IMG/VR virus record: IMGVR_UViG_3300009678_000054
Location: 1-35,853 of that record
Direction: 5' to 3' (one strand)
From: a virus
Lineage: Duplodnaviria > Heunggongvirae > Uroviricota > Caudoviricetes
DNA length: 35,853 bases
The notes under the pieces are model-generated. The model did not search any database. It saw nothing but the letters and a program-made list of their open reading frames with translations, and had not been told where the DNA came from. Every line of letters starts with the position of its first letter. Position 1 is the stretch's first letter. Below, piece after piece: positions 18,376 to 27,103 of this stretch. A program made the translations under genes and the position numbers.

Positions 18376-19476
18376 ATGAACAAAAATAAACAAGTGGTCA
18401 CCGACTACAACAAGAAATTTGCGATCTCCCAAACTGCGATCAAGGATTGGGAAGATATGTCACCGAAGAAGTGGCAAGAGACATGGATATTAAAATCACG
18501 TCCCCGCCCCTCTGCTGGTGTAGCTGCAGGATTTGGTTCACTACTTGACTGTCTGGTGTTTACTCCAAAGCATTTTGAAAAACGTTTTATAATCGCCGAT
18601 ATTCCACTTCCGTCTGAGAACGTAAGAAAAGTAGTTGGCGGGGTGTATAACCGGGTTAAGGAGCTTAATGCTAACGCTGCTAAGATGAATGAGCTTAATC
18701 CGGGCAAGCAAATTCCTATGAAAGAGCTTAAACTCGATCATGAGGACCTTATTAAGAGTATTGCAAAGGATAATGACTACTTCGCTACTCAGCCTATTCG
18801 TGCTTATAACGAAGTTATAAAGAACGGTAGTGATTACTTTGAGTTTCTGAAGAAGATCGAAGGTAAACAAGCTGTGACCCAAACTGACGTGGACCTGGCA
18901 AAGAAGCTTTGTGAAATTCTGTACACTGATAAATTGGTTAAGGGATTCTTTAAACCTAATAAAGGATGTGAAGTAATATTCCAACAACAAATCTACGCTG
19001 ATCTTGAAATATCAGGTTTCGATAACGTTGACTTTCTTCCTCTCAAAGGTGCGCTGGATGATATTTATTTCAATCACAAAAAGAAAGAAGTAAGAGAGAT
19101 AGACCTGAAGTGGACCAATGATGCGTTCTTGTTCAAAGACGCAGTTAAACGTTTTGGTTACATTAAACAGCACAGCGTCTACGATTATCTACTCCGTGAA
19201 TGGCTTAAAACTTTCCGTGACGGTGAGTACAAAGATTATACTGTTGGAAACCCATTAAACGTGGTAATTGATTCAGATGAACAAGTGCCTTACATCTATC
19301 AATACACGGCTAATGACCTGTATATTGAGCGTTATGGTCACGAAAACATGCACTGGTTTAAGGGATGGGAGCAAACACTTCTTGAGATAGCCTGGCATAT
19401 GGATACACAGCAGTGGGACAGACCTCGTGAACATTACAAAAATGGATTTATAAACGTTCAACAGTTCAAAAGATGA
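18376..19476 (+). CDS. PD-(D/E)XK exonuclease (RecE/ExoVIII/Cas4-like)
   Basis: ISQTAIK, FGSLLDCL, KGALD ... IDLK. Confidence 0.75.
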   Translation: MNKNKQVVTDYNKKFAISQTAIKDWEDMSPKKWQETWILKSRPRPSAGVAAGFGSLLDCLVFTPKHFEKRFIIADIPLPSENVRKVVGGVYNRVKELNANAAKMNELNPGKQIPMKELKLDHEDLIKSIAKDNDYFATQPIRAYNEVIKNGSDYFEFLKKIEGKQAVTQTDVDLAKKLCEILYTDKLVKGFFKPNKGCEVIFQQQIYADLEISGFDNVDFLPLKGALDDIYFNHKKKEVREIDLKWTNDAFLFKDAVKRFGYIKQHSVYDYLLREWLKTFRDGEYKDYTVGNPLNVVIDSDEQVPYIYQYTANDLYIERYGHENMHWFKGWEQTLLEIAWHMDTQQWDRPREHYKNGFINVQQFKR

Positions 19477-19691
19477 TGCCTAAAGATATAAATTTGCCAA
19501 GAATCGTTATCTACCGAGATTTCAATGGGAAAATAAAAAGAGGTTACGCATCGACTTGTTTTACGGCTTTTAGCATGTATCAAACATTACTTGACCCTGG
19601 AATGTTAATACCTACACGTTATGGTGGAGTAAAAATAGTACCTGGTCCTAGACAAGATATTTTGTACATGTTCAAGATTAAAAAACATTAA
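19473..19691 (+). CDS. hypothetical protein
   Basis: Coupled ORF. Confidence 0.45.
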   Translation: MMPKDINLPRIVIYRDFNGKIKRGYASTCFTAFSMYQTLLDPGMLIPTRYGGVKIVPGPRQDILYMFKIKKH

Positions 19692-20048
19692 ATGGAAAAC
19701 TCAAAACACGAAAATAAAAAGGATGCGTTCCTATACGATCAACATGTAAATAGCAAACTTGTAATTGATTCTGTTATGTACGCATGGGGTAAAAAGGAAG
19801 CAACCACCCAAAAACAAAAAGCTATAGCACTAGCTTCTTATCAAGATGGGCATAAAGCAGCACAAAATGATTTAAAAGCATTGCTTGTTTTTATTCAAGG
19901 TAAATATAATCCATCGGCTACACCTGGAATATGGGGTACGGTTGGTAGAAGTGGGTGGGTGAATACTGAAGGTGTGATTGAACATTTTACCCAATATAAC
20001 CATCTTTCACTAGATCAGTATTTCGAAACAATATACAAGCGCAAATAA
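19692..20048 (+). CDS. hypothetical protein
   Basis: Abutting ORF. Confidence 0.55.
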   Translation: MENSKHENKKDAFLYDQHVNSKLVIDSVMYAWGKKEATTQKQKAIALASYQDGHKAAQNDLKALLVFIQGKYNPSATPGIWGTVGRSGWVNTEGVIEHFTQYNHLSLDQYFETIYKRK

Positions 20049-20176
20049 TGAGAAAGATATTTTGTTTCTTCGGTTATCACGCTTGGGGTGCGCCAGAATT
20101 AAAACACGATTGGTTTAACACTGTTAGATTGTTTACTTGTAAACATTGTAACGAACAAAAAATTGTAGCAGAATGA
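20048..20176 (+). CDS. 42-aa Cys/His protein (not in ORF track)
   Basis: TAATG-coupled start, ATGA-coupled end; MRKIFCFFGYHAW...TCKHCNE. Confidence 0.6.
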   Translation: MRKIFCFFGYHAWGAPELKHDWFNTVRLFTCKHCNEQKIVAE

Positions 20177-20490
20177 ACACAGACATGTTTGACGAAATGA
20201 GAGCGGCAGGTAGTCGCCTTCCCTACATCGTAGAAGCTTTGCAAAAAGAAGGTTGGAAAAACAGAAATCATCATGATAACTGGTATCATCCTTCAAAACC
20301 AGATGAAGAATTTGACACGCATGGTGCATATGCTCAACATTGGTGGAGAAGTTTACCAATGCAAGACATTATAGAATGTAAAAACGGATGGGCTAATTTG
20401 GTAATGAAATATTATCCTGAGAAAACAGATTGTAAAGATGTTACTTCGGGTGAAATAATTTACATGTACCGTCAAGAACACAAACAATGA
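20173..20490 (+). CDS. hypothetical protein
   Basis: Coupled ORF. Confidence 0.55.
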   Translation: MNTDMFDEMRAAGSRLPYIVEALQKEGWKNRNHHDNWYHPSKPDEEFDTHGAYAQHWWRSLPMQDIIECKNGWANLVMKYYPEKTDCKDVTSGEIIYMYRQEHKQ

Positions 20491-21392
20491 AAAAAGTAAT
20501 TTTCGATATTGAAACAACTGGTGCAGACAAAGCAAAAGACCGGATTGTTCAGCTTGCTATCCATTGCTTCGATGAGGATGGAAAAGTATTGCTCAGCAAA
20601 TCTAAGCTCTACAATCCCGAAATGCCCATTTCCCAGGCTGCGTTGGACACTCACGGTATTACCGATAAGATGGTGAAAAACGCACCATTATTCTCTGATG
20701 ACGCTAAAAAGCTAAAGAAGATTTTTGAAGATTCAGAACTGATCGGATACAACATTATTCAATTTGATATTCCTATTCTAATGGCCGAATTTGATCGGGT
20801 GGGTGTAGAACTAAATCTGTCCGGTAAGGTTATTGACGTAATGAAATTGGAGACCGCTGTTAATCCCCGGACGTTAGGTGCTGTATATAAGCGATATACT
20901 GGTGAGGAAATGGAGAATGCTCACGATGCGATGTCCGATGTTAAAGCCACTGAGATCATCCTGCAATACCAACTTGAAAAGATTCGTGAAGAAGATTTTG
21001 ACTTCGATAAAGTGATGGAGCAGTGTGGTATTCCACCCGGTGCTGCAGATTTCTTCGGGAAATTGGTGTACGATGATGAAGGTTTCTTGGTTTATAAATT
21101 TGGAAAACATCTCAATAAACGAGTTTTGTTCGATGCTGAAACACGTCAATACGCTGACTGGGTACTTGAACCAAAACAAAACTTCCCGGCTCAGGTTAAG
21201 AAGCTGTTGAAGGACGAACTTAAAAAAGACGTAGCGGCGCAGTTTAAGAGACCGGGTAAAGGTTTTGAAGTAATCACACCAAGTGGGAAATTCAACAAAT
21301 TCAATACTCCTAAAGAAGATAAAATAAGTTTTAAACCCGGTAAGCAAACTGATATGGATTTTGATGAACCTATCGACGACTTACCATTCTAA
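20487..21392 (+). CDS. DEDDh 3'-5' exonuclease (DnaQ/ExoX-like)
   Basis: FDIETTG, GYNIIQFD, AHDAMSDV; C-terminal FGKH module; ends in acidic DDLPF (SSB-like tail). Confidence 0.9.
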   Translation: MKKVIFDIETTGADKAKDRIVQLAIHCFDEDGKVLLSKSKLYNPEMPISQAALDTHGITDKMVKNAPLFSDDAKKLKKIFEDSELIGYNIIQFDIPILMAEFDRVGVELNLSGKVIDVMKLETAVNPRTLGAVYKRYTGEEMENAHDAMSDVKATEIILQYQLEKIREEDFDFDKVMEQCGIPPGAADFFGKLVYDDEGFLVYKFGKHLNKRVLFDAETRQYADWVLEPKQNFPAQVKKLLKDELKKDVAAQFKRPGKGFEVITPSGKFNKFNTPKEDKISFKPGKQTDMDFDEPIDDLPF

Positions 21393-21402
21393 ATCAAACG
21401 TT

Positions 21403-21654
21403 ATGTGGCCTGGTTTTATCTGTATTCTCTGCGGTATTTTTTTAGTGGCGTACATCATTGCTCTGCACATTTCAGATCAACCACGCCGCTTTAAACGCCC
21501 TGGGAGTGAAAAACGGAAGTATTATAGGTATATGCGCAAATTAGGTTATGAAGATTGGCAAATCGACCGGGAATTTATAAACATTAACTCCTATACTCGC
21601 CTATTAGAAATAAATAAGGAATTGAGATCAGCATGTAAACATTACAACCTCTAA
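21403..21654 (+). CDS. small membrane protein
   Basis: N-terminal hydrophobic helix then basic segment; start refined to ATG 21403. Confidence 0.55.
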   Translation: MWPGFICILCGIFLVAYIIALHISDQPRRFKRPGSEKRKYYRYMRKLGYEDWQIDREFININSYTRLLEINKELRSACKHYNL

Positions 21655-21674
21655 CAAAATTTTAACATCCCATA

Positions 21675-21707
21675 ATAGGAAAATTCAAAAACAAAAAACT
21701 ACTTTTG
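21675..21707 (+). promoter_or_regulatory. Bacteroidota-type promoter, probably giving a leaderless mRNA
   Basis: ATAG, 21 nt, TACTTTTG (21700-21707); only 4 nt before ATG 21712. Confidence 0.6.
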
Positions 21708-21711
21708 CGTC

Positions 21712-22668
21712 ATGGAAATTAAAATCAACATTTTCAGAGATACCGATATAGGCGGTTCTGGTAATGGCTTACAAGACATAACAATGAAAATAGGACAAGG
21801 CGGTAGGAAGAACGAAAATAAGACAAAATACGCCCTGCTCGAACCGTTTGCTCAACAACAGAAAGCACAAATTTTCACAAAAGGTGCAAGAAAATACGCA
21901 GTCTACAACTGGCTTCAGGGAATGGCGTGGTCTAAATGCTACGATTCAGCACTTCGCCACCAAGCTGCATGGGCCAAAGGTGAAGATTATGATTATGACC
22001 CACAATGCCCACAATGCCAGGAATCAGTATTAAAAGGTACACCTGAAGAATGGAAATGTACCAACCACACCGGGGAACTGCATTCAGCACTGGCAGCATG
22101 GAATTGGGATGCTATTACTTCCTATTACTATCATTTCCCACAAGGCGATGATCGTTTACACGTATTGCTTCCTAAGTTGAAAATTGGCTTGGATATTGAT
22201 GAAGTATTAGCTGATTTCACTGCGGGGTGGGCTGCGGTACACGGGGTCGATGATCGTCCTGATTGTTGGAATTATCATCGTGGCATGGGTGCTGAATTCA
22301 AGAAAATGAAAGATGCTGGTACGCTCGATGAGTTTTACCTGAACTTGAAACCAAAGATCAGTCCTAATGATTTACCATTCGAACCACATTGTTATGTAAC
22401 CAGTCGTCCAGTCGATACACATATAACTGAAAAGTGGTTAGAACTTCACAAATTCCCAGGTTCAAAAGTTATAACTGTTCCTATTAATACATCAAAAGTA
22501 CAAGCTTTGAAAGATGCTGGTGTAGATGTTTTCGTAGATGATGCTTTTCATAACTATGATGAACTGAATCGTGGTGGCATCTGTTGTTTTCTAATGGATG
22601 CTCCACACAACCAACGATACGATGTTGGATTTAAACGAATCAAATCACTGAAAGAACTTAAATACTAA
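21712..22668 (+). CDS. fusion of a dATP/dGTP diphosphohydrolase-like (DUF5664) domain and a HAD 5'-nucleotidase-like domain
   Basis: K.KY.LL ... FTKGA.KY...NW..GM.WS...DSA.RH ... GED; then IGLDIDEVLADF, YVTSRP, VFVDD. Confidence 0.75.
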   Translation: MEIKINIFRDTDIGGSGNGLQDITMKIGQGGRKNENKTKYALLEPFAQQQKAQIFTKGARKYAVYNWLQGMAWSKCYDSALRHQAAWAKGEDYDYDPQCPQCQESVLKGTPEEWKCTNHTGELHSALAAWNWDAITSYYYHFPQGDDRLHVLLPKLKIGLDIDEVLADFTAGWAAVHGVDDRPDCWNYHRGMGAEFKKMKDAGTLDEFYLNLKPKISPNDLPFEPHCYVTSRPVDTHITEKWLELHKFPGSKVITVPINTSKVQALKDAGVDVFVDDAFHNYDELNRGGICCFLMDAPHNQRYDVGFKRIKSLKELKY

Positions 22669-22826
22669 TGCCTTTCTGGTTTATCATAAGTGTAGTTACA
22701 ATTTTATTTATTTTAAAGTTCCGTCCCTCTATTGATATTACAAGGGAAGGCGATGTACTCTTGTGGTATAACTCAGGCACATGTAGAACTTATAAAAAAC
22801 TGTTCAATATTTTCTTTCGGAAATAA
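22668..22826 (+). CDS. 52-aa small membrane/leader protein (not in ORF track)
   Basis: TAATG-coupled; MPFWFIISVVTILFILKFRPSIDITREGDVLLWYNSGTCRTYKKLFNIFFRK. Confidence 0.6.
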   Translation: MPFWFIISVVTILFILKFRPSIDITREGDVLLWYNSGTCRTYKKLFNIFFRK

Positions 22827-22832
22827 ACCAAC

Positions 22833-22860
22833 GGGGCAGTTTTATTACTGCCCTTTTTTT
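22833..22860 (+). terminator. intrinsic terminator
   Basis: GGGCAGT-TTTATT-ACTGCCC followed by T7. Confidence 0.8.
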
Positions 22861-22879
22861 CACCAAAAAAACACAACAA

Positions 22880-24289
22880 ATGAGCTTAAAAATATTCGAT
22901 CACTCCGCTAATTACACCGCTACGGTGATAAAACTTCCTGTTAAGCAGAAAGTGGAAGGACTTGACAACTTGGTGATGGTTGAAGTCTTCGGTAATAAGT
23001 GCCTTATAGGAAAGGATAGTGATGAATCACTTACGTATCTGTTCTTCCCTTCTGGTACGCAACTATCGTCTGAATTCCTGCACGCTAATAATCTGTATCG
23101 TGAATCACAATTGAATTCTAATGCTGACCCGTTAAAAAAAGGTTTCTTCGAACCAAATGGTCGTGTAAAGGCTATCAAGTTTCGTGGTATCGTTAGTTCA
23201 GGATTCGTTATTCCTATTTCATCTTTATTTTGGGAATCACTTCCTATAAACGGTGGTCATTCCTTCAAAGAAGGTGATGAGTTTAACGAAATTGATGGTG
23301 TTGAAATTTGTCGTAAATATATGCTTTCGCAACCATCTGCCCCAGGTACAAAAGCAGATCGTGCAAGCAAGTTGAATGAAAAGATGAGTGGTTTATTGAT
23401 ACCAAATCAATTCCGTTTTCACACTGATACCGCACACCTGGCCAAACATTTGAAAGATTTGAAACCAAGCGATATTATCCTTATCACTGATAAATGGCAT
23501 GGTTCATCTGCTATCTTAGCAAGAGTTATGATAACGAAAAAGCTTACGTTCTGGCAGAAGTTACTGAATAAAATCGGTGGTCAAATACCAACTAAGGACT
23601 ACGGTTACATTTATTCATCCGGTAAACCAAAGTCCAATCTCCCAAAAGGTATAGAAGGGGAATGGATTAACGATGGACCAGATTTTTATACTTCGAACAT
23701 CTGGAAAGAGGCATTCGAAAAATACAAGCACGCTCTTGAAGATGGTATTTCTATCTATGGAGAAATTGTAGGATACGAGAAAGATAGTGCTTCGTTTATA
23801 CAGAAGGGTTACGATTACGGTTGTTTACCGTTCAGTACAGGTGAAATAATTCATTACACTCGGAACATAGATGGATACGATTTTGACCATTCTGTAAAAG
23901 CTCCACCACAAAACCGCTTCGTTGTGTACCGTGTAACTTACACCAAACCTAATGGTGAGGTAATTGAATTCACATGGCAGCAGATCAAAGATTACTGTAA
24001 GAAGTATGACCTGGAAACTGTGAAAGAGATTTATTTCGGTCGTGCAAGAGACTATCTTGAAGATTGGTATGGCGGTAATGAAAGATTCGGTGAAGCATTT
24101 TTCCAGTATTTACAAATGAGTGTTGAAGGTATAGGTGGTTGTGTGTATTGCGAAAACCGTGTACCTGCAGAAGGTGTAGTAGTGCGTAAGGATGGTGGCC
24201 CGGCTTACAAGCTGAAAGCTTCATCATTCCTTGCAAAAGAATCAACTGATGCTGATAAAGGCGAAACAAATATAGAAGACAATGCGTAG
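22880..24289 (+). CDS. ATP-dependent RNA ligase (Rnl2/Rnl5, DRB0094-like with N-terminal OB-type domain)
   Basis: Motif I DKWHGS, IYGEIVG, FVVYRV, motif IV EGVVVR, motif V YKLK. Confidence 0.8.
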   Translation: MSLKIFDHSANYTATVIKLPVKQKVEGLDNLVMVEVFGNKCLIGKDSDESLTYLFFPSGTQLSSEFLHANNLYRESQLNSNADPLKKGFFEPNGRVKAIKFRGIVSSGFVIPISSLFWESLPINGGHSFKEGDEFNEIDGVEICRKYMLSQPSAPGTKADRASKLNEKMSGLLIPNQFRFHTDTAHLAKHLKDLKPSDIILITDKWHGSSAILARVMITKKLTFWQKLLNKIGGQIPTKDYGYIYSSGKPKSNLPKGIEGEWINDGPDFYTSNIWKEAFEKYKHALEDGISIYGEIVGYEKDSASFIQKGYDYGCLPFSTGEIIHYTRNIDGYDFDHSVKAPPQNRFVVYRVTYTKPNGEVIEFTWQQIKDYCKKYDLETVKEIYFGRARDYLEDWYGGNERFGEAFFQYLQMSVEGIGGCVYCENRVPAEGVVVRKDGGPAYKLKASSFLAKESTDADKGETNIEDNA

Positions 24290-24878
24290 TTATCATAACA
24301 TGGGTCGAGCTATAGATTTGGTTAGTAGAGATCGTTTCATACATATCCATCTGGCCGACCCTTTAACAAACCCAAATATGTATATGGACCACAATGCTTT
24401 TGAAAATCTCTACGGTACAAACGTTCCTACCGTTATAATCATGTGCGGTATTCCAACATCCGGCAAAACAACCTGGATTAAAAAGAATCTGAATTTCTAT
24501 AATCACATATCCAGAGATGACATCCGTAAACATCTTTTTGGTAAAGATTATGTACCTTCTAGTGGTTTAGAGAGATTGGTAACTCTTATGTTTGATAGAA
24601 AGGTATCCAAATCTATTGAAGATGAACGTAATATAGTGTTGGATAACACTCACTGTAAAGTAGCTTACTTAAACGGGGCTATTAAGCGTTTTTCCGGTAC
24701 TGGTTATAAAATAGAGATAGTTTTCTTTGACATTCCGCTTTGGAAAGCTTATCTTCGCAATTACATTCGTAAGTGGAAAACTGGAAAATGGATTCCACTG
24801 AATGTGATAAAATCAATGTACAAAAATTATAAAAAGATCAACAAAAATGACTATGTTTCATACAAACGGGAAGCCTGA
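24282..24878 (+). CDS. polynucleotide 5'-kinase domain (AAA_33 / T4 PseT N-terminal-like)
   Basis: IIMCGIPTSGKTTW, ISRDDIR, IVLDNT. Confidence 0.8.
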   Translation: MRSYHNMGRAIDLVSRDRFIHIHLADPLTNPNMYMDHNAFENLYGTNVPTVIIMCGIPTSGKTTWIKKNLNFYNHISRDDIRKHLFGKDYVPSSGLERLVTLMFDRKVSKSIEDERNIVLDNTHCKVAYLNGAIKRFSGTGYKIEIVFFDIPLWKAYLRNYIRKWKTGKWIPLNVIKSMYKNYKKINKNDYVSYKREA

Positions 24879-25287
24879 TGCTTTCATCTTTGATATTGAC
24901 GGTACGCTTGCAAAACATGTAGGCAGAGGTCCATTCGAAGAACATAAAGTGATTACCGATCATCTTATCGAACCTGTAGCAAAAGTTTTACATTCTCTTA
25001 AACGGGATTATGAAATCATATTTGTATCCGGTAGAACCGATGGATGTAAAGCAGATACGGTTAAATGGATTGCGTCACATATCGGTATTCATAATCCTAC
25101 TTTATTCATGCGTAAAACCGGAGATCATCGTAAAGATAGCATCATTAAGAAAGAGATTTATGACGCTTATATATTTCCTTCTTATAACCTGATAGGTGTG
25201 TTTGATGACCGTCTGCAGGTCTGCAGAATGTTATACGAGAACGAAATATTTTGTTTCAACGTTAACCAGGGTTTAAAAGAATTCTAA
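24847..25287 (+). CDS. polynucleotide 3'-phosphatase HAD domain (T4 PseT C-terminal-like)
   Basis: GKPDAFIFDIDGTLA, VSGR, LFMR..GD.RKD..IK.E, VFDDR.QV. Confidence 0.85.
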   Translation: MTMFHTNGKPDAFIFDIDGTLAKHVGRGPFEEHKVITDHLIEPVAKVLHSLKRDYEIIFVSGRTDGCKADTVKWIASHIGIHNPTLFMRKTGDHRKDSIIKKEIYDAYIFPSYNLIGVFDDRLQVCRMLYENEIFCFNVNQGLKEF

Positions 25288-25574
25288 TGGCTATCATTGT
25301 AAACGATGTTAAAAACCTTCCTGAGACAATCATTGTGTCCGATGTGAAAACATTTCAAAATAATGGTGTACCGGAAGAATTTCTTAAAGAATTACTGAAA
25401 GGTAAAAAGAACGGATTAGGTGCTGAGTTCGAAAAACATTATATGCTTACGACTTCAGCACTTCTACGTTTTGCTTATCCGAAATATGTAAAAGCGTTTA
25501 TGATTCTAAGAAAGGTAATGGACGCTTGCTACATTAGAGGTTATCACCACATAATGATAAAAAAACATGTTTAA
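25287..25574 (+). CDS. hypothetical protein
   Basis: TAATG-coupled ORF. Confidence 0.55.
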   Translation: MAIIVNDVKNLPETIIVSDVKTFQNNGVPEEFLKELLKGKKNGLGAEFEKHYMLTTSALLRFAYPKYVKAFMILRKVMDACYIRGYHHIMIKKHV

Positions 25575-26301
25575 CTTTTATGAAGTTGGCGGGTGCGTTC
25601 GTGATGAGATCATGGGCGTTAAATCAAAAGACATTGACTACACCGTTGTAGCCGACGACGAGTTGTTGGAAAAATCTACTGACCCAGGTGAAATCTTCTA
25701 CGTGTTAGAGAATTATCTTTATAAGAAAGGTTATACGATCTGGCTCAGCACTCCCGATTGCTTTACCATCCGTGCGAAGTTTCCAGTAGGTCACAAAAAT
25801 GAAGGTATAACTGCAGACTTTGTTCTTGCTCGTAAAGAACTTGATTACATACCAGGCACACGTAAACCTCGTGTTGTAGCAGGGACGTTACATGATGATT
25901 TGGAACGTAGAGATTTTACAGTTAACGCAATCGCCAAAGATGCAAACGGTCAATATATTGACCCGTTTCATGGTATAGACGCTATAAAAAATCGTATATT
26001 AATTACACCTCTCTCGCTTGACGTTACATTTGATGATGACCCGCTCAGGATTCTAAGAGCAATTCGTTTTGCTATAACAAAAGGTTTCAGCATGACCGGA
26101 GATATGTGGACAAAGATAGCAAAATACGACTACGATATTAAGATGAGAGTTGTATCTGAAGAACGTATCCGTGAAGAATTGTACAAAGCATTTAAACATG
26201 ATTCATTGAAGACAATAGCCATGCTTTGCGATTTTCCCAAACTGGCTCAATATATATTTGATAACACTAACCTCTGGTTAAAACCCACAAACGAACAATG
26301 A
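25567..26301 (+). CDS. class II tRNA nucleotidyltransferase / poly(A) polymerase family (compact, CCA-adding-like)
   Basis: VGGCVRD, DIDY, DLERRDFTVNA, DDPLRILRAIRF, SEERIREEL. Confidence 0.9.
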   Translation: MFNFYEVGGCVRDEIMGVKSKDIDYTVVADDELLEKSTDPGEIFYVLENYLYKKGYTIWLSTPDCFTIRAKFPVGHKNEGITADFVLARKELDYIPGTRKPRVVAGTLHDDLERRDFTVNAIAKDANGQYIDPFHGIDAIKNRILITPLSLDVTFDDDPLRILRAIRFAITKGFSMTGDMWTKIAKYDYDIKMRVVSEERIREELYKAFKHDSLKTIAMLCDFPKLAQYIFDNTNLWLKPTNEQ

Positions 26302-26912
26302 TTAACAATTTCAAAATACTTGAACCACTTATCCAATTCACCAACCCCGGTGATTGTTATTTCATTCAATTCCTGAAGCGTCACAAGGATAATCCTGAGA
26401 TGACCCGTAATATGGTGAACGTGGATAACCTATTCATCTACTCCCTGGAAGAATACAGGGAAATGGAATCTCGTATTATTGAGATCGCTACGATTCATAA
26501 TGCCCGTGCTTATATTCGTGTAAACAGAAGGAATGCGGAGAAACTAGCTTTGACTACACTGGTACAAGTATCAAATCTTATCCTTAGTAAGGATTATAAG
26601 AGCGTGAAGAATGCCTACCTGAAGGCTGCGGGTCAAACAAGCTCTGAACCTGTCAGACGTTGGATTGTGGATATTGATAATCCTAAAGATGGACCAGAGG
26701 CGAAAAAATACATTATACATATCATTGAAGAATTACATCGTCAATGTAATCGTAATGGTAATCAATGTGAATATAAGATTTTATCGGAAATACCTACAAA
26801 GAACGGTGTTCATATAATCACTAATCCTTTCAACCTTCAAGAATTTAGAAATCGTTATAGTTTTGCTTTGGACATTCACAAAGATAACCCTACAATTCTT
26901 TTTCAACCATGA
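26298..26912 (+). CDS. conserved phage protein with AEP (primase-polymerase)-like motifs
   Basis: WIVDID (D125, D127) and TKNGVH (H172). Confidence 0.45.
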   Translation: MINNFKILEPLIQFTNPGDCYFIQFLKRHKDNPEMTRNMVNVDNLFIYSLEEYREMESRIIEIATIHNARAYIRVNRRNAEKLALTTLVQVSNLILSKDYKSVKNAYLKAAGQTSSEPVRRWIVDIDNPKDGPEAKKYIIHIIEELHRQCNRNGNQCEYKILSEIPTKNGVHIITNPFNLQEFRNRYSFALDIHKDNPTILFQP

Positions 26913-27103
26913 AAGTAAAACTCGCATATCAACCACCTTATCCGAAAGAGATTGATGTAACACCTGAAGATTTTGCTAAAAGATTGGCTACTGCTATTGA
27001 TGATTTGAAATCTTCTCATTGTTATTTTATAATGCAGCAAGCATACGGAGAAATAAGTTGGGAAGAAGTTCAAAAAATCTTGGATATAATACTTAAAAAA
27101 TGA
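26909..27103 (+). CDS. hypothetical protein
   Basis: ATGA-coupled ORF. Confidence 0.55.
   Translation: MKVKLAYQPPYPKEIDVTPEDFAKRLATAIDDLKSSHCYFIMQQAYGEISWEEVQKILDIILKK

Noticed and set aside
21712-22668. Claim of a Z-base or other substituted genome
   Set aside because: No PurZ, DatZ or other modification synthase in the window; the hydrolase domain alone is insufficient
24840-24880. Programmed +1 frameshift joining kinase and phosphatase
   Set aside because: No convincing slippery or re-pairing site; the phosphatase has its own ATG with an A-rich context
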